A DNA stretch of 63,356 nucleotides, filler included, from Neolecta irregularis DAH-3 (lineage: Eukaryota): NCBI GenBank assembly GCA_001929475.1. It is 15 parts of 15 records of this genome, joined end to end, with 100 filler letters (N's around TTAATTAATTAA, not from the genome) between each part and the next. Parts side by side here need not be neighbours in the genome. Positions count along the whole stretch, not along the records: positions 1 to 25,228 come from LXFE01002040.1; positions 25,329 to 29,233 come from LXFE01002074.1; 13 more parts are not named here. One strand, given 5' to 3'. The notes below the pieces were generated by a model that made no database searches, was not told the origin of the DNA, and was given only the letters and a program-made list of their open reading frames with translations. Shown here one piece after another: positions 14,101 to 26,825 of the stretch. Each line of letters starts with the position of its first letter. Position 1 is the first letter of the stretch. Both the position numbers and the translations under genes were made by a program.

Positions 14101-14278
14101 ATCGGTTTAGCAATCACACGCTAGATTGAGCAATTTTACTAGTTATAGCTTTTCAGTGCCTCTTGTATCCTATGACGGACAGAAACAGAGGAGATTGAAA
14201 TGTATATCCAAGTCTTGAACATTGCACACTTATTATCGTCCAACTAAGATGTCAAAGCTATAGACAAACCTTGACATC

Positions 14279-15135
14279 TTATTTTAGGAGGGCTGAAAGT
14301 TCATTTGCAGAGACTTGTTCCCCCTTCTTTAGGCGAGCTTTCACTCGCAACTTTGCCTGTTGCCACCGAATCCAAGTAATGCCTTGCAAAAATGAATCTG
14401 CAATATCATCTCGTTTCCCCTTTGGCCTACCCACGAAGACCTCAACCGTCTCTTGTGCGCATCCCTCGAAGAGTATATTGGAAGAACGTTTGCGGATCAT
14501 CTCAGTTACAATCCCAATCTTTTGAAGCTTCAGTTCGTGAGACGTTGATTTCTCCGCCCGATTGTGTATCCAGTAATCAGAAATCCTTTTGGGATGTACA
14601 CTTTCTATCCTTCCCGACCATTTCGATTCTTGGATAAGAGTGTGGAGAATGGCATGGATCATAGCTTCAAAAGTGTTTACTCGGATAGTCCATTCGAGAA
14701 TCGCGCTTGCGCCTCCAGTGCGATGTCGCTGGCGTTCAATTAGGACGTGATCTGGCCTCATTGATACTAATGTTTTGCAAATTTGGTAGGCAAGACTTGA
14801 TAATTCGATTGGTTCAAATGTAGCTGCAGGTGCATCTTTTTCAACTACCTCAATACGCTGCCATTCCTTGACCGAAATCCCTTTCTTTGTAGGCACAAGA
14901 AGACACATTGCAAAATTCCGAACTCCCATATCTATACTGAGAAGCGACTTTGGAAGAATTGGGGAGACTGTCTCAAGAGAAGAGACTATGCGATCGCATA
15001 ACAGAGATTTCCTCCCCGAACTTGCTTGAATACCTTAGCCGTAAATATATTGCAACATACTTACAAACTCCACATCTTGACGAGATCTCACGCAAATCAA
15101 CAGCTCGCAATGGTTGTAATCTGTGAATTTTAGCT
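14279..15135 (-). CDS. ydc2: Mitochondrial Holliday junction resolvase Ydc2/Cce1 with SAP-like N-terminus (start uncertain)
   Basis: LLSIDMGVRNFA, VLIERQRHRTGG, WTIRVNTFEAMIHA and KRDDIADSFLQG. Confidence 0.9.
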
Positions 15136-15582
15136 GGTACAATTGAAGCGGCTTATGTACGAAGAAAGAAGTGTTTTGGCCAAGTTCACCATAATAATAA
15201 CAATGCAACAACGTAAAGATTCGGAGAAATTTTGCTGCTGGAAAGAGCGGATGCAATACAAAATCGAGTTATTGCATGTGCTAAGTGAAGCTAGTGACTT
15301 GGTTTGCAAATTGAAAGCCACCATCTCTGACTTGCCGACATGAAATAAACAATCAGAGCTGTATATACTAGTTTTAATCGATAGCAACTCTCTAACTGCG
15401 TACAAATAAGAAGGTATATGTATATCTTGCCATCTGAGAAATCCTGGGGAACCAATTGACCGACCCCCTCATTTTGGTCGACACACGGATTCCCAAAATC
15501 TTCCTTCATTTACTAGAGACTTTCAAATTCCCTGCAATACACTTCAGAAAAAAATCTATTAGCAAGATCTAGACAAATTTAG

Positions 15583-16475
15583 ATGGAAGAAGCGGATTTT
15601 GGTGATGTCAGATTTCCGGGTTTCTTTTCGTTGAAGGCCTTGGCAATGCGCAAACTTCTCAAATGCAAAAACGGTGGAATCCTGTTTGGATAACAACACT
15701 AAGATATCTAGAAATTACAGACCTCGGAGATTGTGAGTTTCATCTGGTGAAACTGATTCTTGAAACTTTATCTGCTGAACGGCTTGTGTGACCCGGTTTG
15801 AAAGTCAGATTGGCTAATAGTACACAGGCTATATTGGAGAAACGCTCGCCTGTATGAGGACACTGTCATTCGATATGAAACTAACGGCTCAGCACCTCAA
15901 GCAAGAAACGGGCGATTTGTGGGAAAAGCACGTCCGAAACGATTTCAAAATCCATATAATTAAGGAAGAGACGCGTTTCAGTCGCAATCAGCCGTCTATT
16001 TTCGACGACGAGTCTCCACAATGGCGCTTGTTATACAAGGTACTTTTTTCGATTATATCTCATTCGATTGTAGAAATGGCATCGTGAACAATCGACAAAA
16101 CTTGAACGAGCTTCCCAAAAGTTACGAGAAGCACAGCAGTCAATTGATTCCAGGAAAGCTGAACGGTCAGCCAAGGTTCTCTCGAAACCCTTACTGCAAC
16201 CTAAGAGAAGTGGATGGGGAGCACCTTCTCCTCGTATGTCTATGATTGAAAAATTGAAAACAAATGGAAATAAACCGAAATTATTCCGTACCCCTATGTC
16301 ATCATCAGCATCTGTTAGTGTACAATCATCAAAAGTATTCTTTAGGGAGAAACATTGGCTGATAGAACAGAGAAGTGCTACAACGGCAGGATTTTCAAGC
16401 TCACTTGTAAAGAAAAGGACAACACTGCCACCTCTTGAAAGACCTTCAAAATTTATCATGTCCAAAAAGCAGTAG
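15583..16475 (+). CDS. ELA1: Elongin A homolog (RNA Pol II factor SIII subunit A)
   Basis: BC-box-like FSLKALAMRKL, spliced ITDLGDCEFHLVKLILE, LEKRSPHLKQETGDLWEKHVRNDF and WRLLY. Four introns. Confidence 0.75.
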
Positions 16476-16576
16476 CTAATTTATATCTGTTGGTGTTTTG
16501 GCAGGAAATGCGGAGTTTCTTTAGTGAATCATATGAGTGTTGATAGCATCTTGATTAAGGCGGTGATTATAGACAA

Positions 16577-17551
16577 CTAGCTTGGAACATTGGTGAAGCT
16601 TCCCTCTGCCGCTTTGGTTTCCCAAAGCAACTGGCCAATGTCATAGTTACCATGGAAACTCCAACCGTTTTCGTTAATATGGTAGACTATAGTGAGATTT
16701 AAACAGAAAAAAGAACATACGGTGGACACTACCACCAGAATACGCATCCCGGTGAGCTGCAGCGAGAATACTTCGCTTTCCCAATGCCAGAGCTTCCTCG
16801 ACAGTCAATTCCCAGCGATGTCCAGCATCAAGAACACCATATGCAAATGTTTGACCACTTCCTACGCAAAAGAGATCACCTTTGAGACGTGTTCCGTCGC
16901 TGTCCACATAGAAAACTGCAGGACCAGACTTGTCCCAACCGCATATCATCGTTCCCTGACCCGTCAACCGAAATTTCTAGAGTGACACACCATACTCAAC
17001 CCCATACCCTTGTATGAATAAACTATATTTGACAGGATTTTCGAAGCAGCAGCAACACTGATACGTTCTTTATTCCTCAGTTCGTGAAGCCGGCATTGCA
17101 TTCCCAGATACGTCTCCCAGTACTGACAGTCTGCAGCTCCACCAGCCATTGTTCCCAACAGGTACGGATTAATTTCAATAACCTTTTTCACAGTCTGCGA
17201 GGCAATCCAACTTCCCGCAGTTGCTCTGTCCTATGTCAACCATATCTCAAAATTGCAAAACCTCGAGTCAACAGCAATTACTACACCGCCCTGAAATCTG
17301 AATGCGAGAGTTGTGGTGCCGTGGGCAATCTTGATTGTACAGTCGGGATTCTTCGAGTCATCTGTATGTTCCCGTAAAAACGCGGTAGGCTATAAACCCA
17401 TAAACACAAACGGTTTAACACGGGTTCATACATTAGCAATTGGCGGTAACGAGAATGCCGGAACTGCAAATTTGGGTTCCTGGCTGAATGTGTCTTGATC
17501 TAAAGGCCGTTCTTTCTGTGGGAGTGAGTAGCGGGATATAAGAGCGTCCAT
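16577..17551 (-). CDS. PRE2: 20S proteasome subunit beta5 (chymotrypsin-like)
   Basis: Propeptide followed by [51 protein letters not shown] and HRDAYSGG. Four introns. Confidence 0.97.
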
Positions 17552-17749
17552 TTGATGGATGCTGGATTTGTGGTAACGGTGATTGCGTACGCCCAGATAA
17601 TTCCAAATTTCCAAACAGAAGAAAATACATGATTAATTATGGGGTAGTAGTCTCTATTTGTAGGAAAATATATAATAATAGAGATTCTGGTTTCGATGAT
17701 AAAGGTATGCTCTTGCCAGGGTATAGTGACCATCGACTCCTATTAGGCG

Positions 17750-19503
17750 ATGACCACAACCGATATACAACAGCAATGGTCTCTTCAGGATACTTCGCCA
17801 ACTTCAAAAAAGGCACGAATTCCTCTTCTCGCTGTTGAATTGACTAGATGCAGGAACTACTCGGCTGGTATTCATATGCTTTTGCAAGTGAAGTAGTCAG
17901 TGTCGTTACAATCTCGAATCTCGCTCCAGTGGCACTTGATAATTTTGCTCGGGAGAGCGGGTATGCGTCATCTGAACTTGGGAGGAAATGCGAGGAACAA
18001 GATGATCGATGTGTTGTTTATTTTGGAGATTTCGGCATCGACACTACTAGTTTTGCGCTTTATGTATTTTCAATAAGTGTGCTTTTGCAGGCGTTGGTTG
18101 TTATTAGTGTTGGCGGAGCTGCGGATCACGGAAAGTTTTATCGAGAAGAGTGAATTGACGACTTAGGTGACTTGAGAAAGAAACTGCTGGGAATATTCGC
18201 ATATGTCGGTAGTATCACCACGATGTTGTTTATTACTGTTCCTCGCACATGGTACATCCTTGCTGGTTTGCTAATCATTATTCTCAATGTACGTTTATGA
18301 TCCCTAGTTATATAACTAATTTCACCTGCAGATCTGTTTTGGTTCGTCAATGGTATGTCTCAACGCCTTTCTGCCCGTTTTGGTGCGAAACTATGCGTAC
18401 GACTCTGCGGGATTGTTTAATTCAAAAATATTTGGTTTATCTTCAGTACAATCAGAATCACCCGAATTAGATGCCGAGAATATGGAATCGGCAACATTGA
18501 TGAAACCAATACATTCAAACTTACCAGACTCGTACGCTGCTCAGTTGAATCTGTCCTCCCATATCTCATCCCAAGGTATCGCGATTGGGTTGGTAAGTGG
18601 TATTATCCTGCAGTTGATTTGTATCCCTCTTACCATATCCACCGGTTCTGGGACTTCCTCATTACAATACGCGGTTTTCGTCAGCGGGTTATGGTGGTTT
18701 ATATTCACCATTCCATCGATGCGATGGCTTAAAAGTCGACCAGGGCCCCCGCTGCCTACATTCTACAAGGACAAACTCCTATTATTACAATATATCCAAT
18801 ACGGATGGCAAAGTCTTTTTGACACGATCAAGGAAACTGCTCGTACGTTGCTACTTTATTGGTATGGTCTAACAAACTACCAGGTTTGAAAGACGTGATT
18901 ATATTTCTTGTGTCGTGGGCTTTACTAAGTGACGCTCACATTACAATCTCATCGTCTGCAATTCTCTTTGCAAAGACAGATTTACATATCAAGCCAGCAG
19001 GGCTCATCGTCATCGGAATGCTGTCTACACTTTCTGGAATTGTAGGTGCATTCACATGGAGTCGCTACATTTCACCCAAATTTCATCTTTCTCCCGATTC
19101 CGCGATTCGGCTGATTGTTGCATTGTCGTGTTTGATACCGGCTTACGGGTTACTCGGGTTCATCCCGCTGTGTAGACAGATCGGGTTTGGAGGTCTTATC
19201 AATCCAATTGAGATTTATTTCCTTGCTCTGGTTTATGGGTTTTTAAATGGGGCATTGCAGGGATACACTCGTGCTATGTTTGGTTCACTGATTCCCGCTG
19301 GCCGTGAAAGTGGATTTTTTGCGTTATATGCGATTACCGACAAGGGTAGTGCAATGTTTGGGCCGGTGATGGTTGGGATTATAATTGACAAGACACATGA
19401 AATTCGGTGGGCGTTTTTGTTGTTGTTGGTGATGTTGGGATTGTCATTGTTGGTTATGACGTTTGTCAATACCCAGCGAGGACGCCAGGCGGCGAGGCAG
19501 TAA
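17750..19503 (+). CDS. ATG22: Vacuolar amino-acid efflux MFS transporter Atg22
   Basis: TSKK|ELLGWYSYAFASEV, DTTSFALY, ADHG, LKSRPGPPLP and FFALYAITDKGS, with many transmembrane segments. Needs one GC-AG and probably one GA-AG intron. Confidence 0.92.
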
Positions 19504-19822
19504 GAGTGCTTTGGCTGGGGTTGGTAGACATAATTTATAGATCAGATAATATACATACTCTGGGATAACAAACGCCAATCTACCAGTTAATAATTTAAAC
19601 ATACGTATCGTTGGGCCAGTCAGGCTTGGCCCATAATATAGACATATGTCGTCAAGACTAGTCATGCTATGTAGACATACGGCTCAAGGCCGGTCAGACT
19701 TTGGAGAAACTTTGATTCTAGAAAAGACTTCTTGTAATAATTGCATGGTAAAATCGGGATCCTGAGTGCCGCCAGTCAAAGAGAGTAACCATTTCTCATT
19801 CAATTTGACAAGATCTAAAACG

Positions 19823-20920
19823 TCAGCTATGATTAATTATGGAGCAACCCCAATTTTCAACGACAAAATCGACGAGAAGAGATCTTACTTGGACGAAGTG
19901 GAAGCCGAGTCTAGAAGTATCGTGAAACAAGAGATGGACTGCAATTTCGGCCGTGAGACCGTTGCGGAGGACTGCAAAGGCTTTGAATTTTAAGGTTTCG
20001 AGTTGGTACATGTCGGCCAGGCGGTAGACCATGGAAGGACTGCAACGGGGTGGTGATTTATCCGGAAATGAATGTGAAGTGTGGTCATCGTGGAGGGGAG
20101 AGGTGAAAGCGATGATGTCGGTATAGAGCCAGTACAAGATTCCATGAAAAGCGTTGATGTCAGGAACAGAGAGGTTTATGACGTGATAGTGTCGGTCCTG
20201 TTCAATGGTGGTCTCTGTAGATCCTTCGGCAAAGTTTCCTGACAGGAGATGTCTAAAGTATTCGCAACGTTTGACTAAGATGGCCTTGTGGGCGTACATT
20301 TGGAGGCTGTCTGGGCCGTTTGACACGCGAAAGAGGACGTCTGAGAAGCTTGGATCGTTGAGAGTGTCGCCAAAGGAGTTGAGGAGCTGGAGAGGGACTT
20401 CTTTTGTGGATTTGTCTGGGGGCTGGTCAAAGAGACAGTTTTCCTCTGTGATGACTTTCAAGGCGAGGACGATGCGCATGCCGTAGAGGGGACCTCGAGG
20501 GGGAACAGTGGAGTCTGGCCAGAGCCACTGCGGGTTCTGATCTGCATCAAAGACAAAGCCATCTGGGCCTTTTATGGATCTGTAGGAAAGCTGCTGGTCA
20601 CCGCGGGGGTCGCGCTTGAGGAATCTGCAGACGATTTCGAAGGAGGCCTTGCGGGTCCAAAAATCACCAAGTTCGCGTTCGCGGGCAGTGGGAATTGGGC
20701 GAAGGGCAAAAGAGTAGCGGTCCCAGATGCAGTCTGAGGCCAGGGCGGTGAGTTCGAGGAGCCATTCTGGGGAGGCGACGAGAGGAAGAGTGCATGTGGG
20801 AGTCGAGGCAAAGGCAGCAGGGGCGAATAGCTCGTGTGGGTTTTCGAGGATGTGTTCTGCAGTGTAGGTGGTCTTTTTTTCTCTGTGGTGGAGTGAGATT
20901 TGTGGGGCAGGAGGGAGCAT
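19823..20920 (-). CDS. BTB/POZ domain protein (intronless, 365 aa)
   Basis: FSDVLFRV...MYAHKAILVKRCEYFRHLLSGNFAEG, FHGILYWLYTD and VYRLADMYQLETLK. Confidence 0.85.
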   Translation of the reverse strand: MLPPAPQISLHHREKKTTYTAEHILENPHELFAPAAFASTPTCTLPLVASPEWLLELTALASDCIWDRYSFALRPIPTARERELGDFWTRKASFEIVCRFLKRDPRGDQQLSYRSIKGPDGFVFDADQNPQWLWPDSTVPPRGPLYGMRIVLALKVITEENCLFDQPPDKSTKEVPLQLLNSFGDTLNDPSFSDVLFRVSNGPDSLQMYAHKAILVKRCEYFRHLLSGNFAEGSTETTIEQDRHYHVINLSVPDINAFHGILYWLYTDIIAFTSPLHDDHTSHSFPDKSPPRCSPSMVYRLADMYQLETLKFKAFAVLRNGLTAEIAVHLLFHDTSRLGFHFVQVRSLLVDFVVENWGCSIINHS

Positions 20921-20934
20921 GTGGCGGTGTTGGA

Positions 20935-21090
20935 GGTGATGGTATGGTGTGTAGATGATGGAGGTGTATGTTGTGGTGGTGGTGTATTGTGACGCTTATT
21001 AGCAGGTGGTGTAAGGTGGTGTATGATTTGGTGAATGTGGTGATTTGGTATAATGTGGTGATTTGGTGTAATGTGGTGATTTGGTGTATC
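20935..21090. repeat. G/T-rich minisatellite (AATGTGGTGATTTGGTGT, about 3-4 copies, plus GGT runs)
   Basis: Directly visible. Confidence 0.8.
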
Positions 21091-21167
21091 AAGATCAGAG
21101 GATTCCATCTCTCCCTCCCCTCAACTTCACTAATCACCGNNNNNNNNNNTAACAGGCCAACTGCAGG

Positions 21168-22370
21168 CAGTGGTGAGGTTGGTAGATTTTATAAAACTCG
21201 CGATTTTACAGGTGTATAAGAACACATTGTAAATATTTGTGTAATGTTTAGCAAGCCACATAAAAGGAGAAGCTAGATCTTCCACTGGAAAAGAGACCTT
21301 CAGGTCAATTAAAAGGCAAATAGTCCGGTCCCGGCCCAAATACAACCCCAGCCCCGGTCCCGGCCCAAGTTCAACCCCCAGCCCAAGCAATCCCCCGCAG
21401 CAGATTGTTGCCGCCAGCGCACCCTTCCCATCCTGCCCTTTCTCTGAGAGACTATAAGCCCTGCTCCACCCGCAGCTTGCCCTTCCCCGCCGCCACCCTG
21501 CCCGCCCCCCGAGCTGGGCCCGAGACTCCTCTTTCGGCGCCTCCGCCTGCCAGTCCAAGTCTATCAAGGTCCGCAACCTCAACATCGTCCAGGCCCACCC
21601 TGCGCTACAGCGAGCGCTCCAACCGGTTTCTTCTTTAATCGAGGTTTGTTTGCGAGCGATTACTTCCCTTGTTGCTTCATCCTTCCAGCATGTGCCCACA
21701 GCAGGTACTCTGTCTCCATATTACAACCCAATATACACACCTCAACATTTGTTGTTTGCCCGTCCTCGCAAAACACCATCACCTTACCTATGTACCAAAG
21801 AATACTGTATTATGGGATACAATTACATTTCAGGATTTGCAATGTGTATTCTTGCATTACTCACCAATGCTGATAGTGCCTTTGGATCAGGCACTACCTC
21901 AATGAAGAATCATAACTGCAGTGACGATGTAGGGCATGGCGAAGAGCGCAGCGGTATTGTAGGCTGAGCCTGGTCCACACATGAAGAGTGCACAGTGCAA
22001 TTGGTGAGAAGGGCAAGCAGCAATGAGAGGGGCAGGGTGAAGACCGTGAGAGGGAGGGAGGCTGGGAGAGTGGTGGCATCAGTGATTCATTAGGTGAGAT
22101 GATCATACTTGATGGGTGTAGATGTCAAGTTAATAATATTGAGTATTTCAACCTGTTTCAGCTTCAACAAAATGAATCAATGAGAGGCTGAGAGAAAGAG
22201 TCAATTGACACATCAGCAATTGATATAAAAATTCATGTTTGAGAACTATTTTGATGACACGATAAATCCCTACTATCTAATATCACATGATACGGCCCAT
22301 TAAGCCCATGGACCGGATGGGCCAGGCTTTTAATGGGCCGGACTAAATCCATGGTCCATCCTCAACACTG
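21168..22370 (+). mobile_element. Non-autonomous hAT-like DNA transposon (about 1.2 kb)
   Basis: Imperfect 15-bp TIRs CAGTGGTGAGGTTGG / CCATCCTCAACACTG and subterminal GGCCC repeats. Internal BED-finger-like remnant C...GSGTTSMKNH. A second copy starts at 24098. No target-site duplication visible. Confidence 0.65.
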
Positions 22371-23268
22371 GATTCCGCTGAGTTTCTACAAGAGTTCCTC
22401 CGACAAAAGAGATAGAATAGAATTATGAGAGGCTAAAACTGAAGAGAAGCAAAAATGGAGAAGTGGCTTATGGTGTAGCAGCAGAACCGTCTCAGAGAGT
22501 GAAACCTATATCAAAGACTTGAAACTAGAAAGTAAGGGAAACAGAAAACCTTGGCATCAGGATTCTGCAAGTTGTGAAGCGTAGTGTACAAATAAGATCG
22601 GTTTATATTTCCTTAACCTAAGCAGTGTGCCTTAGACGTTTGGTATACCTAAACTTAACCAGTGGTGTGGGGATTCCCGGAACCCCCACAGCCACGGCGG
22701 ACGGATAACCACCGCCACCGGCAAACGAANNNNNNNNNNTTAACCTCTCTAATCTGACCGGCCTAGGAGATACTGGCGTATCCCCTCCTTTCCTGATTCT
22801 CCTCTCCTGAATTACCCATTCCGACGGGGCTGGAATGCTGTTGGGCAGTTTGGCCGCTTCTAGAGTTTCTCCGCCTCTCCCTCTTCCAATTCCGTTTGTT
22901 TACTAAATTACTTCCTGTTCCAGGGAGGCTAGTACATTGCTGGGCAGTCTGGCCGCTCTGGGTGGTCTCCGTTGTCTTTTCTATTTCCGTTATCTCTCCT
23001 TCTGCTTTGTACTCTATCCGTTTGATTCCAAGCCGCCGCTGAATAAGGGCTGCTCTTTTCTGTTCGTATGTAGCCAATTGGATCAATCTATTTCCGTTTC
23101 CAAAGACGACCCAAGAGATTGAAGCCCATACAATTGCGATCACCGATTAATAAACTATAAATAATCTATAAACTCATACAGCATCCTGCGTGCAGCAGTG
23201 CAGGTGCAATGTGGTGTATGATTGCAGGTGGTTTCTTTTTTGTTGATGGAGGTTACCACTCTCCACCA

Positions 23269-24068
23269 ATGGACTCGCGTACTGCCGCATTGCAAGCACA
23301 AGGTTCCTGTCCTTGCTGCATTGGCTGATTTGCAGTTGCCGCTTTAAAACACCGCCGTATTCGCGCTGCCATTGCCGCTTCTCGGCGCCCGCTGGTCTGT
23401 GCAACCATCGACGGGATGGGTATCAATCTGGAGAATATACACCCGGAGAATATAGGGGCCCTAGATATACACGCACAGAAGAAACATGTGGAATCCAGCA
23501 TCCGCCGCATGGCCGGCCTCACTCTCTTCCAGCCTCACGACCCTAACCCTAACCCCCGATCCCTCAAACCCTCTACCGGGCAATGCCTCATGGGCCTGCG
23601 CATCGATCTCTGCCTCGAGTCGCGCTTCCAGTCGCCGTATTATCTCATCCTCGCCGTCGACAAACGCGCTTTCCGCATCTACAAACACACAATTCCCTCT
23701 TTCATCCCGCTGTCGTCCCTCGCCCGTTCTCTCCTCAACTCTGACTTTTCCGCCTTTGCCCGCGCCCTCAGATCAGCACTCCTCCTCTGGACCCGCCGCA
23801 ATTGTGACCTCTCTCTTCTCTCGCGCCTCCCTGCAGTCTCCGACCTCAAGTTCGACCACAGCCTAAGTCTCGTTGATCTCACTTTCAGGTATCCCCAATT
23901 CCATTCTCTGCTCACTCAAGAAACTCTCAAATCCATCTCGTCTACTCTTCCTCTGGAACCCCTGATAAATGTATCGTCTTGACCGACCACAAGCGCGACC
24001 CCCTTTTAGAACATCAAATCTTTTCACACAAAGGCTCTCTATCCGATTTCTTCAATTCTATCCCTTGA
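23269..24068 (+). CDS. mal2: Kinetochore protein CENP-O (Mal2/Mcm21 family)
   Basis: RRMAGLTLFQPHDPNP, LMGLRIDL, F.SPYYLIL and RIYKHTIPSFIPL. Short introns at both ends. Confidence 0.85.
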
Positions 24069-24097
24069 CTTTCTGATTGGCAACATGTTCAATATGG

Positions 24098-25081
24098 CAG
24101 GGGTGAGGTTGGTAGATTTTATTAAACTCGCGATTTTACAGGTGTATAAGAACACATAGTAAATATTTGTGTAATGTTTAGCAAGCCACATAAAAGGAGA
24201 AGCTAGATCTCCACTGGAAATGACTTTTGGGTCATTAAAAGGCCAATAATTCGTAGTCCAGTGCAGGCCTGTCCTCCCGCTGCCTGTCCTCCCTCTACCC
24301 TGCCTCCATCCTCCTCCCCTCCACTACCGCCGCTCGTTATCCCGGCATGGAACGCGGCCGCAGCACCCGTTCCCTGTTGATCAAGGACAGGCCACATCCC
24401 TCTGCACCGCCAGCCCCGGTCCCTGCCCAAGTACAACCCCAGCCCGGTCCCTGCCCAAGTACAACCCCCAGCTCGGTCCCGGCCCAAGTACAACCTTAAC
24501 CATCCACCAATCCCCCGCAGCAGATCGTTGCCGCCAACGCACCCTTCCCACGCACCACCGCAAGTTCCTGCCCTTTCTCTGAGAGACTATAAAGCACTCC
24601 CAGTCCTGCTCCGCCCGCAGCCTGCCCTTCCCCGCCGCCACCCTGCCTGCCCTCCCGCTCATGGACATCGTCACCCTCCCGCGCCACAGCCTCTCCCACG
24701 GTTTCTTTTTTAATCGAGGTTTATTTGCGAGCGATTACTTCCCTTGTTGCTTCATCCTTCCAGAAAGTGCCCACAGCAGGTACTCCTTTGTCTCCATATT
24801 ACAACCCAATATACACTCCTCAACATTTGGTGTTTCCCCGTCCTCGCAAAACACCATCACCTTACCTATGCACCAAAAAATACTGTATTATGGGATACAA
24901 TTACATTTCAGGATTTGCCATGTGTATTCATGCATTACTCACCAATGCTGATAGTGCCGTTGGATCAGGCACTACCTCAAAGAAGAATCATAACTGCAGT
25001 GACGATGTAGGGCATGGCGAAGAGCGCAGCCGTATTTGTAGAGAAAATTATGTCGAGTCAATTGACACATCAGCAATTGAT
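24098..25081 (+). mobile_element. Second, 3'-truncated copy of the 21168 hAT-like element
   Basis: Near-identical start CAGGGGTGAGGTTGGTAGATTTT. 24705-25030 closely matches 21630-21955, and both copies share GAGTCAATTGACACATCAGCAATTGAT. Confidence 0.75.
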
Positions 25082-25228
25082 CAAACTTGTCGTAAAGAAA
25101 TACTAAACTGAAGATTTTCGCCTAACACGTCACTATCGGGACTCCTCATTCAAGCTCCCTCATCCCCTCTTCCTCCACGATATTTACTATCACCTATCTA
25201 ATTCGCGATTCCTTATCCTATCTGCTTG

Positions 25229-25328
25229 NNNNNNNNNNNNNNNNNNNNNNNNNNNNNNNNNNNNNNNNNNNNTTAATTAATTAANNNNNNNNNNNNNNNN
25301 NNNNNNNNNNNNNNNNNNNNNNNNNNNN
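25229..25328. other. Artificial contig linker N44-TTAATTAATTAA-N44 (13 more start at 29234, 35049, 36218, 37481, 39579, 40783, 44878, 47312, 48435, 50253, 57838, 59323 and 62204)
   Basis: Identical 100-nt spacer with stop codons in all six frames; an assembly artefact. Confidence 0.97.
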
Positions 25329-25785
25329 AGCAGCGATATCCTCACGGCGCGATCGATCGAATACCCCGCAAGAAGAGCTAGGGAGCTCAATGGGGAGATG
25401 TGCGGAACGGATGAGGCTCTGTAGAGAAGGAGCGAATAGGCACAGCGAAGCGCGCCTCAAGGAATTATTATATAAGTAGGTCCACATCTGGCTAGCAGAG
25501 GGACTTTAATCGTGTAAATTGATTATAAACGTAGTTGCCTTCACTCAAAGTAGCTGCCGCACTATCAACAAACCAACCTAAGCCCACGAGCGACAAAATG
25601 AACGCTCACAAGTAGACATGAATTTCACCTGTTATTTTCAATCACAAATGGCATCCTCTTTCCAGAAATCCTGTATCTCTTGATACCATAGTGAATCCAA
25701 GGCTTGAAATTTCTCAGGAGGTGATTGAAGCATTTCCCGCAAACTTTGGAATTCTTCTTCAATTATAAACCCGACTAAAACATTA

Positions 25786-26400
25786 ATTAAAAAAGCAAGC
25801 AATCACCATTGTCCGGAAAGTTTGCTCCGTGTGACATTAACAACAAAACCCATCTCGAGCTAAATGTAAAATCCTTCCGATTTTAGTAATGTACCCCGAC
25901 CTGCTGTATTTACCAGTGGATTCGGACATATCAAGCCCAGTATTGATTCCAGTACATCTCTTCGTTCTTGGTAACCTAATATAATGATTTCTTCGAGGTA
26001 CTCCATCCGATATCTGCATCGACAAGCTTCAGCAGAACAATAAACCATACCTCAGCTGCATCTCCTCCATTTGCTCAAACCCCACAATGATCACCGGCTT
26101 TCTGTTTTTCAGCAGCACATGTTTCACACGCTCTTCAGACAATTCGCAAAGTAGAATGGAGTAGGTAGATCCCGGGAAGGTCATATCGCCAGGCGTCGAC
26201 ACAGTTTCGTCGATATCTGCGAAGAGTTACACACAGAGAGCTAGTCAGGCATGATACCCCTGAACAAGACGTGCGTGGACAGTAAATTTATCAATTCGGA
26301 CCATTCAGATCCTCGTACATTACGATTGAGAAGACAGACGGGGCTTGGCATAGTAAGGGTTTCCCGAGAAGAAACTATTTCAGCCTTCGCATACTTTCTC
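25786..26400 (-). CDS. Hypothetical spliced protein
   Basis: Exons TPGDMTFPGSTYSILLCEL...QLR|YRMEYLEEIIILG...PNPL|LEMGF join through short GT-AG introns. No known motif. Confidence 0.35.
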
Positions 26401-26825
26401 GTACATATGTCAAGGAAAGCAATTTCGTATCAACAGCTAATGTCAACATGATAATCATCTGCCAGATTGGCATCAATCCCAACAGCAAAAGAATGTGTGT
26501 TATTATGTGTATCACAATTATGGGCCAAAGTTTGTAATCTAGATTCGAGTCATATCGAGACCGTAGGCCGGGCCTGTCTAGAGTTCAATAGCCTACTCTC
26601 GGTCCTATATTTCGTTCGGTTGGCATGCTTCTCGGCTTCACTTCTGACCCTAGACCCCGGGCCGGTCGCTCCAATCAGAACTCGTTTATACGTTTCACTC
26701 CATAGTATCCAATGATAGATTTAGTGCCTAAGTTTAAAATATGGCATACGCCTGCAAAGTATCACCGTTTTATTTTCACGCCCATCAAGTCGGCACCAAC
26801 AATTCGTCCCCATTGATCTCTATCT

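Noticed and set aside
22763-23143. 126-aa ORF with a duplicated SGQTAQQ segment
   Set aside because: Non-ATG start beside a gap and transposon ends; coding status unsupported.
23541-23556. CCCTAACCCTAACCC telomeric repeat
   Set aside because: Lies in the CENP-O CDS, encoding the DPNPNP segment.
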